Below are positions 23,259-34,226 of a stretch of DNA of 64,000 bases, in pieces. This DNA is from Moniliella sp. 'wahieum' (taxonomy: Eukaryota), in contig RSEE01000124.1 of assembly GCA_003971905.1 (NCBI GenBank), positions 62,001 to 126,000 on the forward strand. The letters run 5' to 3'. The notes beneath the pieces were generated by a model that made no database searches, was not told the origin of the DNA, and saw only the letters and a program-made list of their open reading frames with translations. The translations under genes were made by a program, and so were the position numbers. Every line of letters begins with the position of its first letter. Position 1 is the first letter of the stretch.

Positions 23259-25014
23259 CTAGGACTGAAGCAGGTAGTCCTTAGCAAGGCGACGAGCAAA
23301 GAACCCCTTGCACCGTTCGTACAAGTCTTGCCCGCAATAAAACCAAAAGCACCCAAACGCTGCGCCACCCAAGTGCGCCGCATGGCCCAACGCTTTCCAT
23401 CCCAACACAAGCCCGTACAGTCGACCAAGAGCAAAACCGACGTGGCTGTCGCGATGGACTGGGGCACAAACAAGGTCAACGGCCAACCACCTCGGCATCC
23501 GGCATCTCCAAGGCCAACAAGACCAGCAAACTGTACGCGCCCCCCGATAGACCGATGCTGGGGCGGACGAGATGATCGGCGTACTCTTGCATTAATTGTT
23601 GGGACCGCGTGTCCCCTCGTGGGCTGCACGAGCCCAGTGCCGCAAGAGACGGGTCAGAGTGACGCGCGCACGAATGGCGGAGGCTAGGTGGCCTGTTGCG
23701 CCGCCGACCGCGGCACCAGCAATCAAGATGGTGAACGAGAGGGGAGTAGGGACGATTCAGGTACATGCGGGGTGGAGGTACGTGCGGTCCGGTCTTTCCC
23801 CTTGTCAACAAGACCGTCCGGCGACATTTCACTTGCATGGACCAATCGCTCCACCGCGACAGAGCCAATGGAGTAAATCGCGATCCCATTGGCCAAGAGG
23901 TGGAGGGTAGATATATGTGTCCATCCCGATGTGAGAATGGTGTGTAAGCGCGGCACCTTTTGGCCTGCTTCATATGCCTTCTCTTTCATCAAAGCCCAGT
24001 ACAGATGTGGACGAGGAAAGAAAGGCGTAGTACGAGCTCCGGGCGCATGAGCTAGCACCTCCATCAGCCCTAATCGCACTCGTACCGGGCAATCTTGAAT
24101 GGCACATGGACCAGGGCGATCACCAACAGTGGTGCAACCATAGCAGCGTGTCCAGGGGAGAGGGAAAGGTACCTATCGCTCACGCTCAGGTAGGTGTTGA
24201 CCGTCCACTCCATCCAGCCCTGAGGGAGAACCGACTTGCCCTCTTCCACTAACATTCGAAGCACGTTGCCCAACTTGGCTGCGATCATGTGGGTGTGGGC
24301 AGAGCGTAACCGCGCCTCGCCCACCCCCAGGAATGGATCCTCCTGTGGGTCAACCAGCCACGCGTCCCGGTCTCGTCCAACCGAGAGGGATGGGCCTTCT
24401 CCATGTCCAGCGGCGAGGCAGCAGAGTCAGCAGACGCAGTGGAGGATGTGAAGGAAGTGAGATCCCCCAATCCCTTGAGGAGGGAAATGAGTTTCCCGCC
24501 AGGCGAGTTTTCCCGTTCTTGTGCCCGGACCGCACGAGCCAAGGCGGCCGACGATCGACACTGAAGTATGCGGCTACGACAATGGACAGTGCCAGCGGCG
24601 AGAGCAAGGGCAGTCGGACGGAACAGCGGGGGGGGGAAAGCCAAATTCGCCAGGCTTGGGATGGGGTGTGCCTGGGATATGGGCAAAGGGCACTGTGCGC
24701 ACTGCTCCCAGGGGAGCGTCCGCATTGGACCCCATCCTCGGCCCCTCCTTGGCAGAGCGACATTTCCTCCACGGGCATGTGGGCCGCAAGCCGAGCCAGG
24801 TCCTTGTCGCGCTCAGACAGGGGACCCGCACCCATACTTTGCCCCCGGGGTGGCGGGGGCGGGGGAGCGGAGGGTGATGGGGTTGCGGTAGAAGGCGGAG
24901 CGGGTGGGGCCCCACGGTCGGCAGGCGCGCCAGAGCGAGGCGACGTGTGCAGATGCGCTGCGTGTGGACGCGGCAGGAGCGCGGCGACGGGGCGCACCGC
25001 ACGCGCAACATCAT
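23259..25014 (-). CDS. PCP1: Mitochondrial rhomboid intramembrane serine protease (Pcp1/PARL-like); frameshifts
   Basis: ILTSGWTHISTLHLLAN, PSIGLSGGAY (catalytic GxSG), GHAAHLGGAAFG (catalytic His); Arg-rich N-terminus. Confidence 0.82.
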
Positions 25015-25410
25015 GGGGATGGGGTGGGGGGGGCGACGAGGCGGGTGATGGCCGTGGATTCAATATTGACTTGGGCGTGAACATTGGATCCGAACCTAAA
25101 CGTTCAGTCACTCGTCACTATCACTGCACTCCGATTGCGTGTTGGGCCCAGTTGGACCGCTGCTGCGTCATGCAACCAACCCTACCCCAGCGAGCGAACG
25201 AAAAGACCGCAGAGGGTACGCATGTTACCGCTGTATTACGGTTGATGGCCTGCTTCCCTCAATACCCCGCCAGGACCAGCTATAGAATGGCCATACCAAT
25301 CATGCTCTACATTGAGTTCCCACCGCGCGGTTCTCCTCCCTCTTCCCATCTCATGTCAAATCCTCAAGAAGGGAGCAAGCGCATCGATCGCGATGACTAT
25401 ACAACAGCGA

Positions 25411-27797
25411 TTAAATGTGCCGTTGAACCTCCACGTCCTCGAACGCTTGAATCCGGTCGCCCGGCTCAAAGTCTTGGAAGTTGTCAAAGGCGATGCCGCA
25501 TTCGGTGCCCTTACGCACCTCATTCACATCCTTCTTAAGATGCTTGAGGGTATCGAGTTTGCCACGGTAAATCTCCTTCGCTCCTCTCCCCGTAGGACAC
25601 GCATCTGGCCGCGCGTTTTGATGGACCCATTGACGACGCGAGACCCCGCAACTTTGTGGAATTTGGCACCGCGAATGTTGATCTCAAATAGGGTAAGTAC
25701 TTCGGCTTCCCCTAACACCTTGGTCTCGATCCGTGGTGGCAGCAGTTCGACACTTCATCTCCTACCCGCTCAATCAAGCGGTAAATTACCTTGTCTTCCA
25801 TCACTTCCACCTTGGGAACTTTTCGCTCAGCCAACCTCCGCACGGCACCAGGAACGGCCACGTTGAAGCAGACAATTTGAGCATTGGCCGTGCTCGCGAG
25901 CGAGACATCCGCCTCGCTCGGCGCGCCCACCGCTGCATCAATCATGCACCCCCACCTCTTCGTTCCCAATCCCTTCCAGCGTCGCCTGTACCGCCTCTAC
26001 CGAGCCTGACACATCGCCCGGATGAGAATGTTGAGGATCTTGCGACCGGATTCTGTAGGGGTGGTATTTCCTCTGGGCCTTGGCGCTTCTTGCTCGACCT
26101 TGGCGATCGCCTCGCCAATGACACGTTGCAACTGCGCTGGCGGGGGAGGAACAGCCGAAGGGTTGGGAATGGCTTGGCCACTGCTCAGGTCAAATTCGAG
26201 ACCTAACCGCGCAGCACGGGCAGCAGCACGTTTCAAGTACTCCATCCGGTCCTTGCGACTGTCCACTTCGGACTTTTTGCGGCGCATCTCGTTGATCTCC
26301 ATCACATCGTTAATCATGGCTTCTCGCTTCGCGGGTCTTGCGATCCTCGGCAGCCCGTTTCACATCCGCCTCCGACTTGGCCGACAATACCATGTCGCCT
26401 GCCTGTGGCAAATCTTTCCACCCCGATACGACCACAGGGTCCGCCGGGCCAGCTGTTTTGACCGTTTGCCATTCGAATCAAACATGGCCTTGACCTTGCA
26501 CCAGGACGTGCCAGCCAACAAAAACGAACCTGGTTTCAGTTGCCCCCGTTTGACCAGCATCGTCGCACATTGCCCCTGCCCTTTTCCAAACGCGACTCGA
26601 CCACCACGCCTTCGGGCAAACCATCCTTTCGGCCCGGAGGTCCGCAAGTTCGCCATCGCCGCCAACGTTTCTTCGAGTTCGTCGAGCCTTGTCCGGTCTT
26701 GCCGCTGACCGCAACCAGGGGACATCCCCTCCGGCCTCTTCCAGCGGCACTCCAGCTGCCAACAATTGGTTTTGATCGTCTCCGGGTCGTTGCCGGGTTT
26801 GTCAATCTTGTTGAGTGCGACGACCATTTGGACCGAATTTTCTTCCCCCCTTCTTCTGTGCGCGCATCCTGGTTGATGCGTGTCCAAGTATCAATCACCT
26901 CCTTGGTCTGTGGCATCACCCCACCCATCGTCCGCCGCGACAACCAACACAATAATGTCGGTCGTCTTGGCCCCGCGTGAACGCATCTCGGAAAACGCGG
27001 CATGGCCCGGCGTATCAAGAAAGTGACTGTGGTGATTTCTCCTGTCCCCTTAGCAACGGTAGGGGAAACAGCACCCTTCTTGTCCTTCTTGTCCTTCTTA
27101 TTGTTCTTGTTCTTGCCATCCTTGGCTTGCAATCGCAACCCCACCGGCACGGAAAAGGCACCAATGTGCTGCGTAATCCCACCAGCCTCGCCGGCTGCTA
27201 CAGAAGCGTTACGCAGCCGGTCCAAGAGCGTTGTCTTGCCATGGTCCACATGGCCCATCACGGTCACAATCGGAGGTCGGAGGGGTACACGGGATTTGTC
27301 CGCCGGCGGCGGTCGCGGGTGCAAATCAAACCCAGCTTGCGACGCGATCGCCTCGCATCCCAAATCCAGCAACGCCATTTCCGCATCAGCAAAGGTGAGC
27401 ATTGCGTCGGGTCGGTTGTCGGTCAAGCCGGCTCGGAGGATGGCATTTTGGAGCACGTCTGTTGATCGATGGGGGTTAACGGTTGGACTTGCTAAGATAC
27501 AAGCGAGGTACAGAAGGAAAACGTACGGATGCGCAGGTTGAGTTTACTGGCCAAGTTCTGGACACTGATAAAGGGAGGCACGTGGGCCGTGGGCGGGGCA
27601 TACTCGACCGGTTTCTTGAGTCCTCGGCCGGTGCGGCCTACCCTTGGGGCGGCGCAGGCGGCGGGTGTGGTGTGCAGTGCGCGCGCGGGGACGGGGAGGC
27701 GGGGCGGCAGGGGTGTGGACGAAGGGACGGGCGTGGGGAGGCTGAGAAGGAGCGCGGCGCTGGGCCGCCGCCGCAGAAGAAGACGCGCCGAGGCCAT
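25411..27797 (-). CDS. IFM1: Mitochondrial translation initiation factor IF-2; intron ~27459-27526; frameshifts
   Basis: [74 protein letters not shown]. Confidence 0.93.
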
Positions 27798-28119
27798 TGG
27801 GGCTGCGCTGGTGGCAGCTCCACCAGGTGCAGCCGAGGCCGTCGTCTCATTTAAGCCGGGCGGAACCACTTCTTCCTGCCGCCCGCGTGCGTTCCGCCCG
27901 AGCCAAGCATAAGCACCGGCCCCGAAAGCTTCAGGTTGAAACTTCCAACGGCGGGGCGCACGGACATTTGAAAGTTGCATGGGGCAGCCCCCTCCCACCG
28001 GCTGCCCATCCAGCCGATGCCGGCTGCTCGTTTACCGATTTCTCGACTTTCACGCCTCGGCCCGAACCATCTCCTCCCCCGCCGCCCCCCCCCCCCCCCC
28101 ACCCCCCCCCACCACCACC

Positions 28120-28995
28120 ATGGCCTCCTACACCGCCCTCGACGCCCCCATCTACTTCCCCGGCGCCACCCCGCCCCCAGCACAAGCAGCGACGCCCCCT
28201 CTGTCCTCGCCCTCGCCCAGGCCGACAAGGGTCTCTGGGTCCTCGCTTTACCGGCGCCGAGACACCCGACAATCGCCTGACCCCTTCCTGCTCCGTGCCT
28301 ACCTCGAGGCGCTGGACCACGTCGAGGCACAGTGGGAGGCTCTCTCTTCCGACGAGGAGGCGGTCGCCAAGGGCGCAGCGCTCATCACCACGGGCCAAAT
28401 CGAGCCAGGCAGCAAATTCTTCTCCAACGGCCTCGACCTCGCCCAGGCCATGTCCACCCCAGGCTTCTTTGACCATCCGTTCACCACCGTCTTTCGTCGC
28501 TTGCTCACCTTCCCCATCCCGACGGTCGCTGCCATTGGCGGCCACGCCTTTGCTGGTGCCGTGTCCTTGGCCTTGGCACACGACTACCGCGTTATGAACG
28601 GTCGCAAGGGCTACTTGTGCATGAACGAAATCTTCTTTGGCGCGCCCATCCCGGCGGGAATGTCGGCCGTGGTCAAGGCGAAAGTGTCGGATGCGCAGGT
28701 CCGTCGTGCGCTCTTCCTCGAGGGACACCGCTTCAGTGGTCGCGAAGCCTTTGACAAGGGCATGGTCGACCTGATTGTTCCGTCGGCCGATCACCCCCCG
28801 ATCCCAGAGGACAAGGCTAAGGAAGTGGATGCGCTTCAGCCACAGCGTGTGCTCGATGCCGCACTCCGATTGGCTACCAAGGTACGCACCTTGGCGGCCA
28901 AAAATGCGTTTGGGGTCAACAAGGCCATCAATTACGTTGAGGCACTGGAACAGATGAACATCGAGTACGCCCCCACTCCCCCCTTTCTTGATTGA
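28120..28995 (+). CDS. Crotonase-family enoyl-CoA delta-isomerase/hydratase
   Basis: KFFSNGLDL, RLLTFPIPTVAAIGGHAFAG, LAHDYRVMNGRKGYLCMNE, LEGHRFSGREAFDKGMVD. Confidence 0.88.
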   Translation: MASYTALDAPIYFPGATPPPAQAATPPLSSPSPRPTRVSGSSLYRRRDTRQSPDPFLLRAYLEALDHVEAQWEALSSDEEAVAKGAALITTGQIEPGSKFFSNGLDLAQAMSTPGFFDHPFTTVFRRLLTFPIPTVAAIGGHAFAGAVSLALAHDYRVMNGRKGYLCMNEIFFGAPIPAGMSAVVKAKVSDAQVRRALFLEGHRFSGREAFDKGMVDLIVPSADHPPIPEDKAKEVDALQPQRVLDAALRLATKVRTLAAKNAFGVNKAINYVEALEQMNIEYAPTPPFLD

Positions 28996-29739
28996 GCTTG
29001 TTGTTGACGGACTCTACCCTTGGTGTTAGGCAGGACAAGTTTACTGCGCACGTCGACCAGTTGACCGAGGGCCCGGCCAAGGCTAAGCTATAGGTTCGAA
29101 ACACGAAAACGAGACACCACACTGTACTGTAAAACTCGTTTCCTTTTTCCTCTTTTGTGGGAATGCGATGCAGGTAGAGACAAACATGCCTATGGGTGTG
29201 GTGGCGGTACCAAAGTGTCTGTGGGGCGGAGACATTTGGTCTAATACTTTTTGTTTCCTGGCAGGTCTGGAACTTTTAAGAAGACAAGGCAGGGGCAGGG
29301 TGGTGCGCTGGAGGATTGTAATCAGAGTCACACGTCATGTAACTTTGAGCTTCAAGCTTCAAGAACGGTTGCCCGTATCCTTTGCGAAACTGAAGACGTG
29401 GGCCCCACTCGAAATGTCAAGAGCACTTCCAATTTCATGATGCATCGGAGGCGGAAAGTGTGGGGGCCTAACCCTCAGCCCTCAGCCCTCAGCAGCTTGA
29501 AGCTTCAACGTCAACGCCCTTGGATTGAACGCACAGTTTAATGATGAGCACTAGTCTTTCGCGTCCGCTACGTGGCAATCTACATCCAGGTGTTGGCCAC
29601 TACTATACGCAGGCATCAAGCGTGCGACTCTGTCCCAACTACTTCCGTCGTCGGGCTGGCTACGCCGACCTGACAGCACGGTTTTGTGTGCGGGGAAGCT
29701 GACATAATCCACCCCTTGCATCTTCACCGACCCCAGGCA

Positions 29740-32492
29740 ATGGCCGACGCGATCACCGCCAACACGCGAACACGCGAACACCGCCACCACCGCCATCCTC
29801 CTTCCCATCCTCCATCCCCTCTTCCCTCCCACCGCCCATGTCGCGTGGGCATCCTGGACGCCGGGGCGAGCCGCCTACCCCCCCCGCCCGCCCCCTTCCG
29901 TGCTGGCTCTAAGCGCCCGCGTGGGTACGAGTACGACTATGGCTACTACCCGCCCCCGCCACCTCACGTCCACCCCGCCGCTGGTCCCGGCCGCCACGGC
30001 TACCCCAACCAGGGCTGGTACGAATACGAGTACGAGTACGATACGACCACGACCGCAACCGCCGCGCGCCTCCCCCTGTGCGCGATCGCTGGTACCGCGA
30101 CGAATGGGACGCGTACTATGAGCACCAGCGCCGACGCGGCGCCTGGGACGCGTATGATCGTCAGCGCCACCACGACTATTGGGATTACCCACCTGGTCCC
30201 ACCCCCGCTCGGCGCCTCCAGGCCATCTCCTCCCCTCCCCCTCCCCTTCCTCCGGCCAGGACAAGCATCGGTTCCGCCTCTGCTTCCACTTCTGCCTCCG
30301 CAGCCCCCTCAGCCCTCCATCCCCCGCCCGACCAGTCCAGGAATACTGCACCCGCTCATCCCCATCCCCATCCCCATCCCCCTCCTCCCCATCCTAACGC
30401 AGATGCGCGCCTCGCCTCCTTCCTTCTGCACCGGGGCCTCCGGCGTCCAGTTCCTCAGACCAGCCCGAACCGCAGGTCATGGCCGACCCGTACAAGGAAG
30501 AGACACTGATGCCCTTTAAAGCGTTTGCGCACTGGTTGCGAACGCGCCCAGGAGCCTCACAGAGCGCATCTGGGGACCAACCCTGGAATGAATACCAGGA
30601 CTACCGCGCCATTGTGCTCAAGCGCCAGTTGGGGACGTTCTTCCAAGCCCACCGGAACCACGCTTGGTTCCAAGAACGTTACTCACTCTCCCCCGAGTTT
30701 ACCCTGCGCCGTAAGATGCACAAGTTTCAAGGCCGACAAGGACGTAAGCCGCACTGGCTGTCCGAGTTGGCTCAGGGCAAGCTGGATGCGCTTACGTGGG
30801 ACGTCCAGCTCTTGAACAGGGAGGAGAGGCAGAAGGAGGAAGAGGAGGTGGAGACTATGGAGGAGGAGGACAAATCCGACCGCCGCCGTGGTTCCGCACC
30901 CTCCCTATGGGCTGCTACAACGCGTCTGGGCCTGTCTAGGGTCCTCCATGGCAACGAGAAGGTAGAAGACTCAATGCCCCAACTTCTTCTTACCAACATA
31001 CATGCTGATGCCGACCGTGCTGAGTTGGAGGCGATCTTGGTCCGCATAGCCGGGGACCAGTTCCGCTACCTTGCTATGGGCGAGCCAAGGGAGACCAAAC
31101 GTTGGTCCCGCAATGGATTTGCTGTCTTTGAACCTGGCACCGAGGTCGACTCAATCGCAACCCAATTGTCCCACACTCCTTGGGTGGTCAGCCTCTCCAA
31201 GCTCGTCGTCCAGACCGAAACGCCACGGCCCGAGTCCGTGTTCGCACCATGCCTCATCATGCTGGCCCGCGGTTGTGGCACGACCTGATCCAAGCGCAGA
31301 AACTGGTAGCCAAGTTGGAGCAAGAAGACCACAATGAGATTTTCGTTGTGGACGTTGTCTGTCCACAAAGCAGGCTCGTCGACAAGCTTCAGGGGACAAT
31401 TCGGAGGCTGGCAAGGCTGAGGACGAGGCTGCGGCCAGGGATCTGGTAGCGGAAGCCCAAACGTGGCTTGCGACTTGTGTCACCGACGCGATTGCCGCAC
31501 GAGTACAGGATCAATTTGCCATTCCGTTTGACCAGGTTGTCAGCGCGTTTGGGACCACGGCCACGGCCACAACCACGGCCTCCCCTGCCTCCTCTCTCCG
31601 AGCGTCGCCACTCCCCAACCCCACCGGTCAAGTGGGTGAATCAACCGAGTTGACTTCCCGTCAAAACACGTTGGAATTGGCTTTGAAGCGGGCACTCGAC
31701 CTGCACATTGATGCGCTGCGGGAAATTTGGCACGTGGACTATTACTCGGGCCTGATGCGCGACTTTGAGGAAGAACTGGTACGAGCAGTACCGGTGGTGG
31801 CACGGCGTTACCTCCCCGACGATGTGACGGCGACCGAGTCGGCGAATCGAGCGCTCAAATTGCTTGATGCTAAGCTGGCCCAGATACTTCATCCGGACCA
31901 GGTGGACCTGGCTGAGCTAGGTGGCAAGCCGCTCGAAAAGGAGGTGGAAACTCTCCTTGCCCCCTTTATCTATGAGGTAACCCCTGAGCGGCACCGTTGT
32001 ATGGTCCCCCTCACCGATCCGAGTACAGGGGAATCTAAAGTGTGTGGCAAGCCCTTTTCCGCCCCCGTCTTTGTCCGAAAACACTTCGCCAATAAACATC
32101 GGGCCTGGTACCAGGCCCAAACAGAGCCTGTACTGGACCAGGCTCGCTTGCTGAACCAGTACGTACTGGATCCCAACCGGCCCGTGTGTTGAGCTCAGCG
32201 GTGGCACGAGCCAAGGTCGAGCACGAAGAAGAGGAAGCCCCACCGAGCCAACGGCCGAAGCGCGATGAAGGTCCTCTGGCCGCTCGCATGGGCGTACGAA
32301 CAGCCCAGCCAGGCGCTCCTGCTGTTCGTCGATCGTTCTCGGATCGGTCTTCACCTCCTCTGCCTCTGCCTCTACCTCCACCTGGAGAGCGACCGGATCC
32401 ACGTACGCTAGACCCACGCGCTAGCAGGGTGGGACGAAGCTACCAAGATCTGGACGATGCGCCTGTCCGAGGTGGGGTGGATGTTGTATTAA
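29740..32492 (+). CDS. ARS2: ARS2/SERRATE (Pir2) RNA effector homolog; frameshifts
   Basis: Arg/Asp/Tyr-rich N-terminus; FFQAHRNHAWFQERY; RRM-like segment; LDLHIDALREIWHVDYY; C2H2 finger C..CGKPFSAPVFVRKHFANKH; YVLDPNRP; C-terminal RSYQDLDDAP. Confidence 0.88.
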
Positions 32493-32645
32493 TCCGGTGC
32501 TGTGCCTACACTCTGCATTCTGCGCTTGCCGCTTGGTTTCGTGACAGGAAAGATACATGACGGTACTAGTATAGTAGTTGTGAAGTGAAGTCAAGTCGAG
32601 TCGATTCGATTTGGTTCGGGTTCGGTTTGATTCAAGGTAAGCGAG

Positions 32646-33476
32646 TTACGAGGCCACCTCAAGAATAGTCTGTATAAATCGATCGGGATCATGGGCAAAG
32701 CGACCCAAAAAGAGGCCATCCACCCCGTCTTCGATTTTACGGAACGTGCCGGGCCCCGCCGAGCCGCCATAGAGAATGCGAATCGACGCAAATTTGCCCC
32801 CCTCAGAGCAAAGATAGGGCTTGACGAGCGCGCGCAGCGCTTGGGTGATCTCTACCACGTACTCGGCCGAGGCCGGCTGAGACGCACCAATGGCCCAGAC
32901 GGGCTCATAGGCCAAGATTACCTCCTTGGTAGCGGTTTCGGGCTGGGACTCGGCCGTACCCTCGGCAGTAAACACGCCAGCAACTTGTTGCCACACCTCG
33001 GCTACCGCCGCCTGCTTTTGGGACGCCACCGACAAGTCGTACCGTCCCACCTCGCCTACGCAGATAAGCGGCGTCAAGCCCACCGACAAGGCCGCTACGG
33101 CCTTTTGGACCACTTGCGCATCCGTCTCGCCAAACAACCGACGCCGTTCGGCATGGCCCAGCTCGACCAACTGCGCACCCGCCTGGCGAAGAACGAGGGG
33201 AGAAACTTCCCCCGTGTACGCACCCTTGGGCTCAGAAAACGCATCCTGCCCCCCCACCCAGATGCCCTGGGGCGCAACCGTCTGCTGCACTGCACAGAGC
33301 GTGACAAAGTCCGGAATGAGGAAAATGTCGGTGGCGTACGTATGCGCCGAACGCGTGGCAGCTACTTTGGTCGCGACTGCCTCGGCGTAACTCAGTGTCG
33401 TCGGCAGATCAAAGTACATCTTCGTCGACACGCCTACCAGTCGGCGTCGGCCCGAGGGAGCAAGAGGAAGCGACAT
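32646..33476 (-). CDS. Triosephosphate-isomerase-family protein, non-canonical subgroup, intronless
   Basis: GVSTKMYF, GAYTGEVS, ELGHAERR, AYEPVWAIG, LYGGS, GLFLGRFAHD (canonical TIM has NWKMN and LVGGASL). Confidence 0.9.
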   Translation of the reverse strand: MSLPLAPSGRRRLVGVSTKMYFDLPTTLSYAEAVATKVAATRSAHTYATDIFLIPDFVTLCAVQQTVAPQGIWVGGQDAFSEPKGAYTGEVSPLVLRQAGAQLVELGHAERRRLFGETDAQVVQKAVAALSVGLTPLICVGEVGRYDLSVASQKQAAVAEVWQQVAGVFTAEGTAESQPETATKEVILAYEPVWAIGASQPASAEYVVEITQALRALVKPYLCSEGGKFASIRILYGGSAGPGTFRKIEDGVDGLFLGRFAHDPDRFIQTILEVAS

Positions 33477-33974
33477 GGCGGAGGAAGGTACGTTGGATAG
33501 ACGCTGGTCGGTGGTGGAGTTGGTGATGGGTCAGGTCAGTGCGCCATTGATCATCCTCAGCCTGGCCCCTGCGCGAGCCTGCGCCCCACTAGTGGCTGGC
33601 GCAGCGATTGGGGCGCGCGGGGCAAGAAGACAACAACCCTATCGCCCCTAACCCCGTGGGGCACGAGAGGGTCATCCGGTCATCGATAATCGTAACTGTG
33701 GTAACCCGTCGTCATCGACACCGATCAAGTCATCCGTCAGCCTGATTGGCCTGATCGGGCAGACCGTCCGGCCCGCATCGCCTCCACCTCCTACCCACGG
33801 CGCCCGGAGGCATGCTTACGGGCGAAGCTGCGCGGCGCGGCCGCTCCTTTGCTCTCGTCACCCTCGGATTGCCCCCCCCCCCAGTCTCCTACGCGCAACC
33901 CCAGCCCAGGACGTGCCTGTCGTCAGTCCCTCTTCGTACTTGGCCCGTGGTCTACACCGACCACTGCATCGACC

Positions 33975-34226
33975 ATGCCGACTAGGAGCTTGAATCCTTT
34001 CTCTTTGGCGATGACGTGCCCCTCTCTTCCCTCTCGAGCCCCCATCGCTGCGTGCTCACCCCAAGGGCACGACCTACCGCCTGCCACCGCCACTCCTCTC
34101 TCTTACGTCGACGACGCAATGAGACGGGGCCCCATAAGCGTGCCGCCCCTCTCCAGCCCCGGTCGTGTCGCTATCACTTCGTATTACGACCCGCGGGAAG
34201 ATGGCTTGGACTGCTTCCTTGGGTAG
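33975..34226 (+). CDS. Possible small hypothetical protein
   Basis: ACCATG-initiated 83-codon ORF after a C/T-rich leader, divergent from the TIM-like gene and followed by T-rich 3'-UTR-like sequence. Confidence 0.25.
   Translation: MPTRSLNPFSLAMTCPSLPSRAPIAACSPQGHDLPPATATPLSYVDDAMRRGPISVPPLSSPGRVAITSYYDPREDGLDCFLG

Noticed and set aside
24333..25538. Long antisense or alternate-frame ORFs (e.g. 24333-25538, 18692-19564, 27931-28794, 60375-61058)
   Set aside because: Shadow ORFs of real genes in high-GC sequence, with no protein motifs
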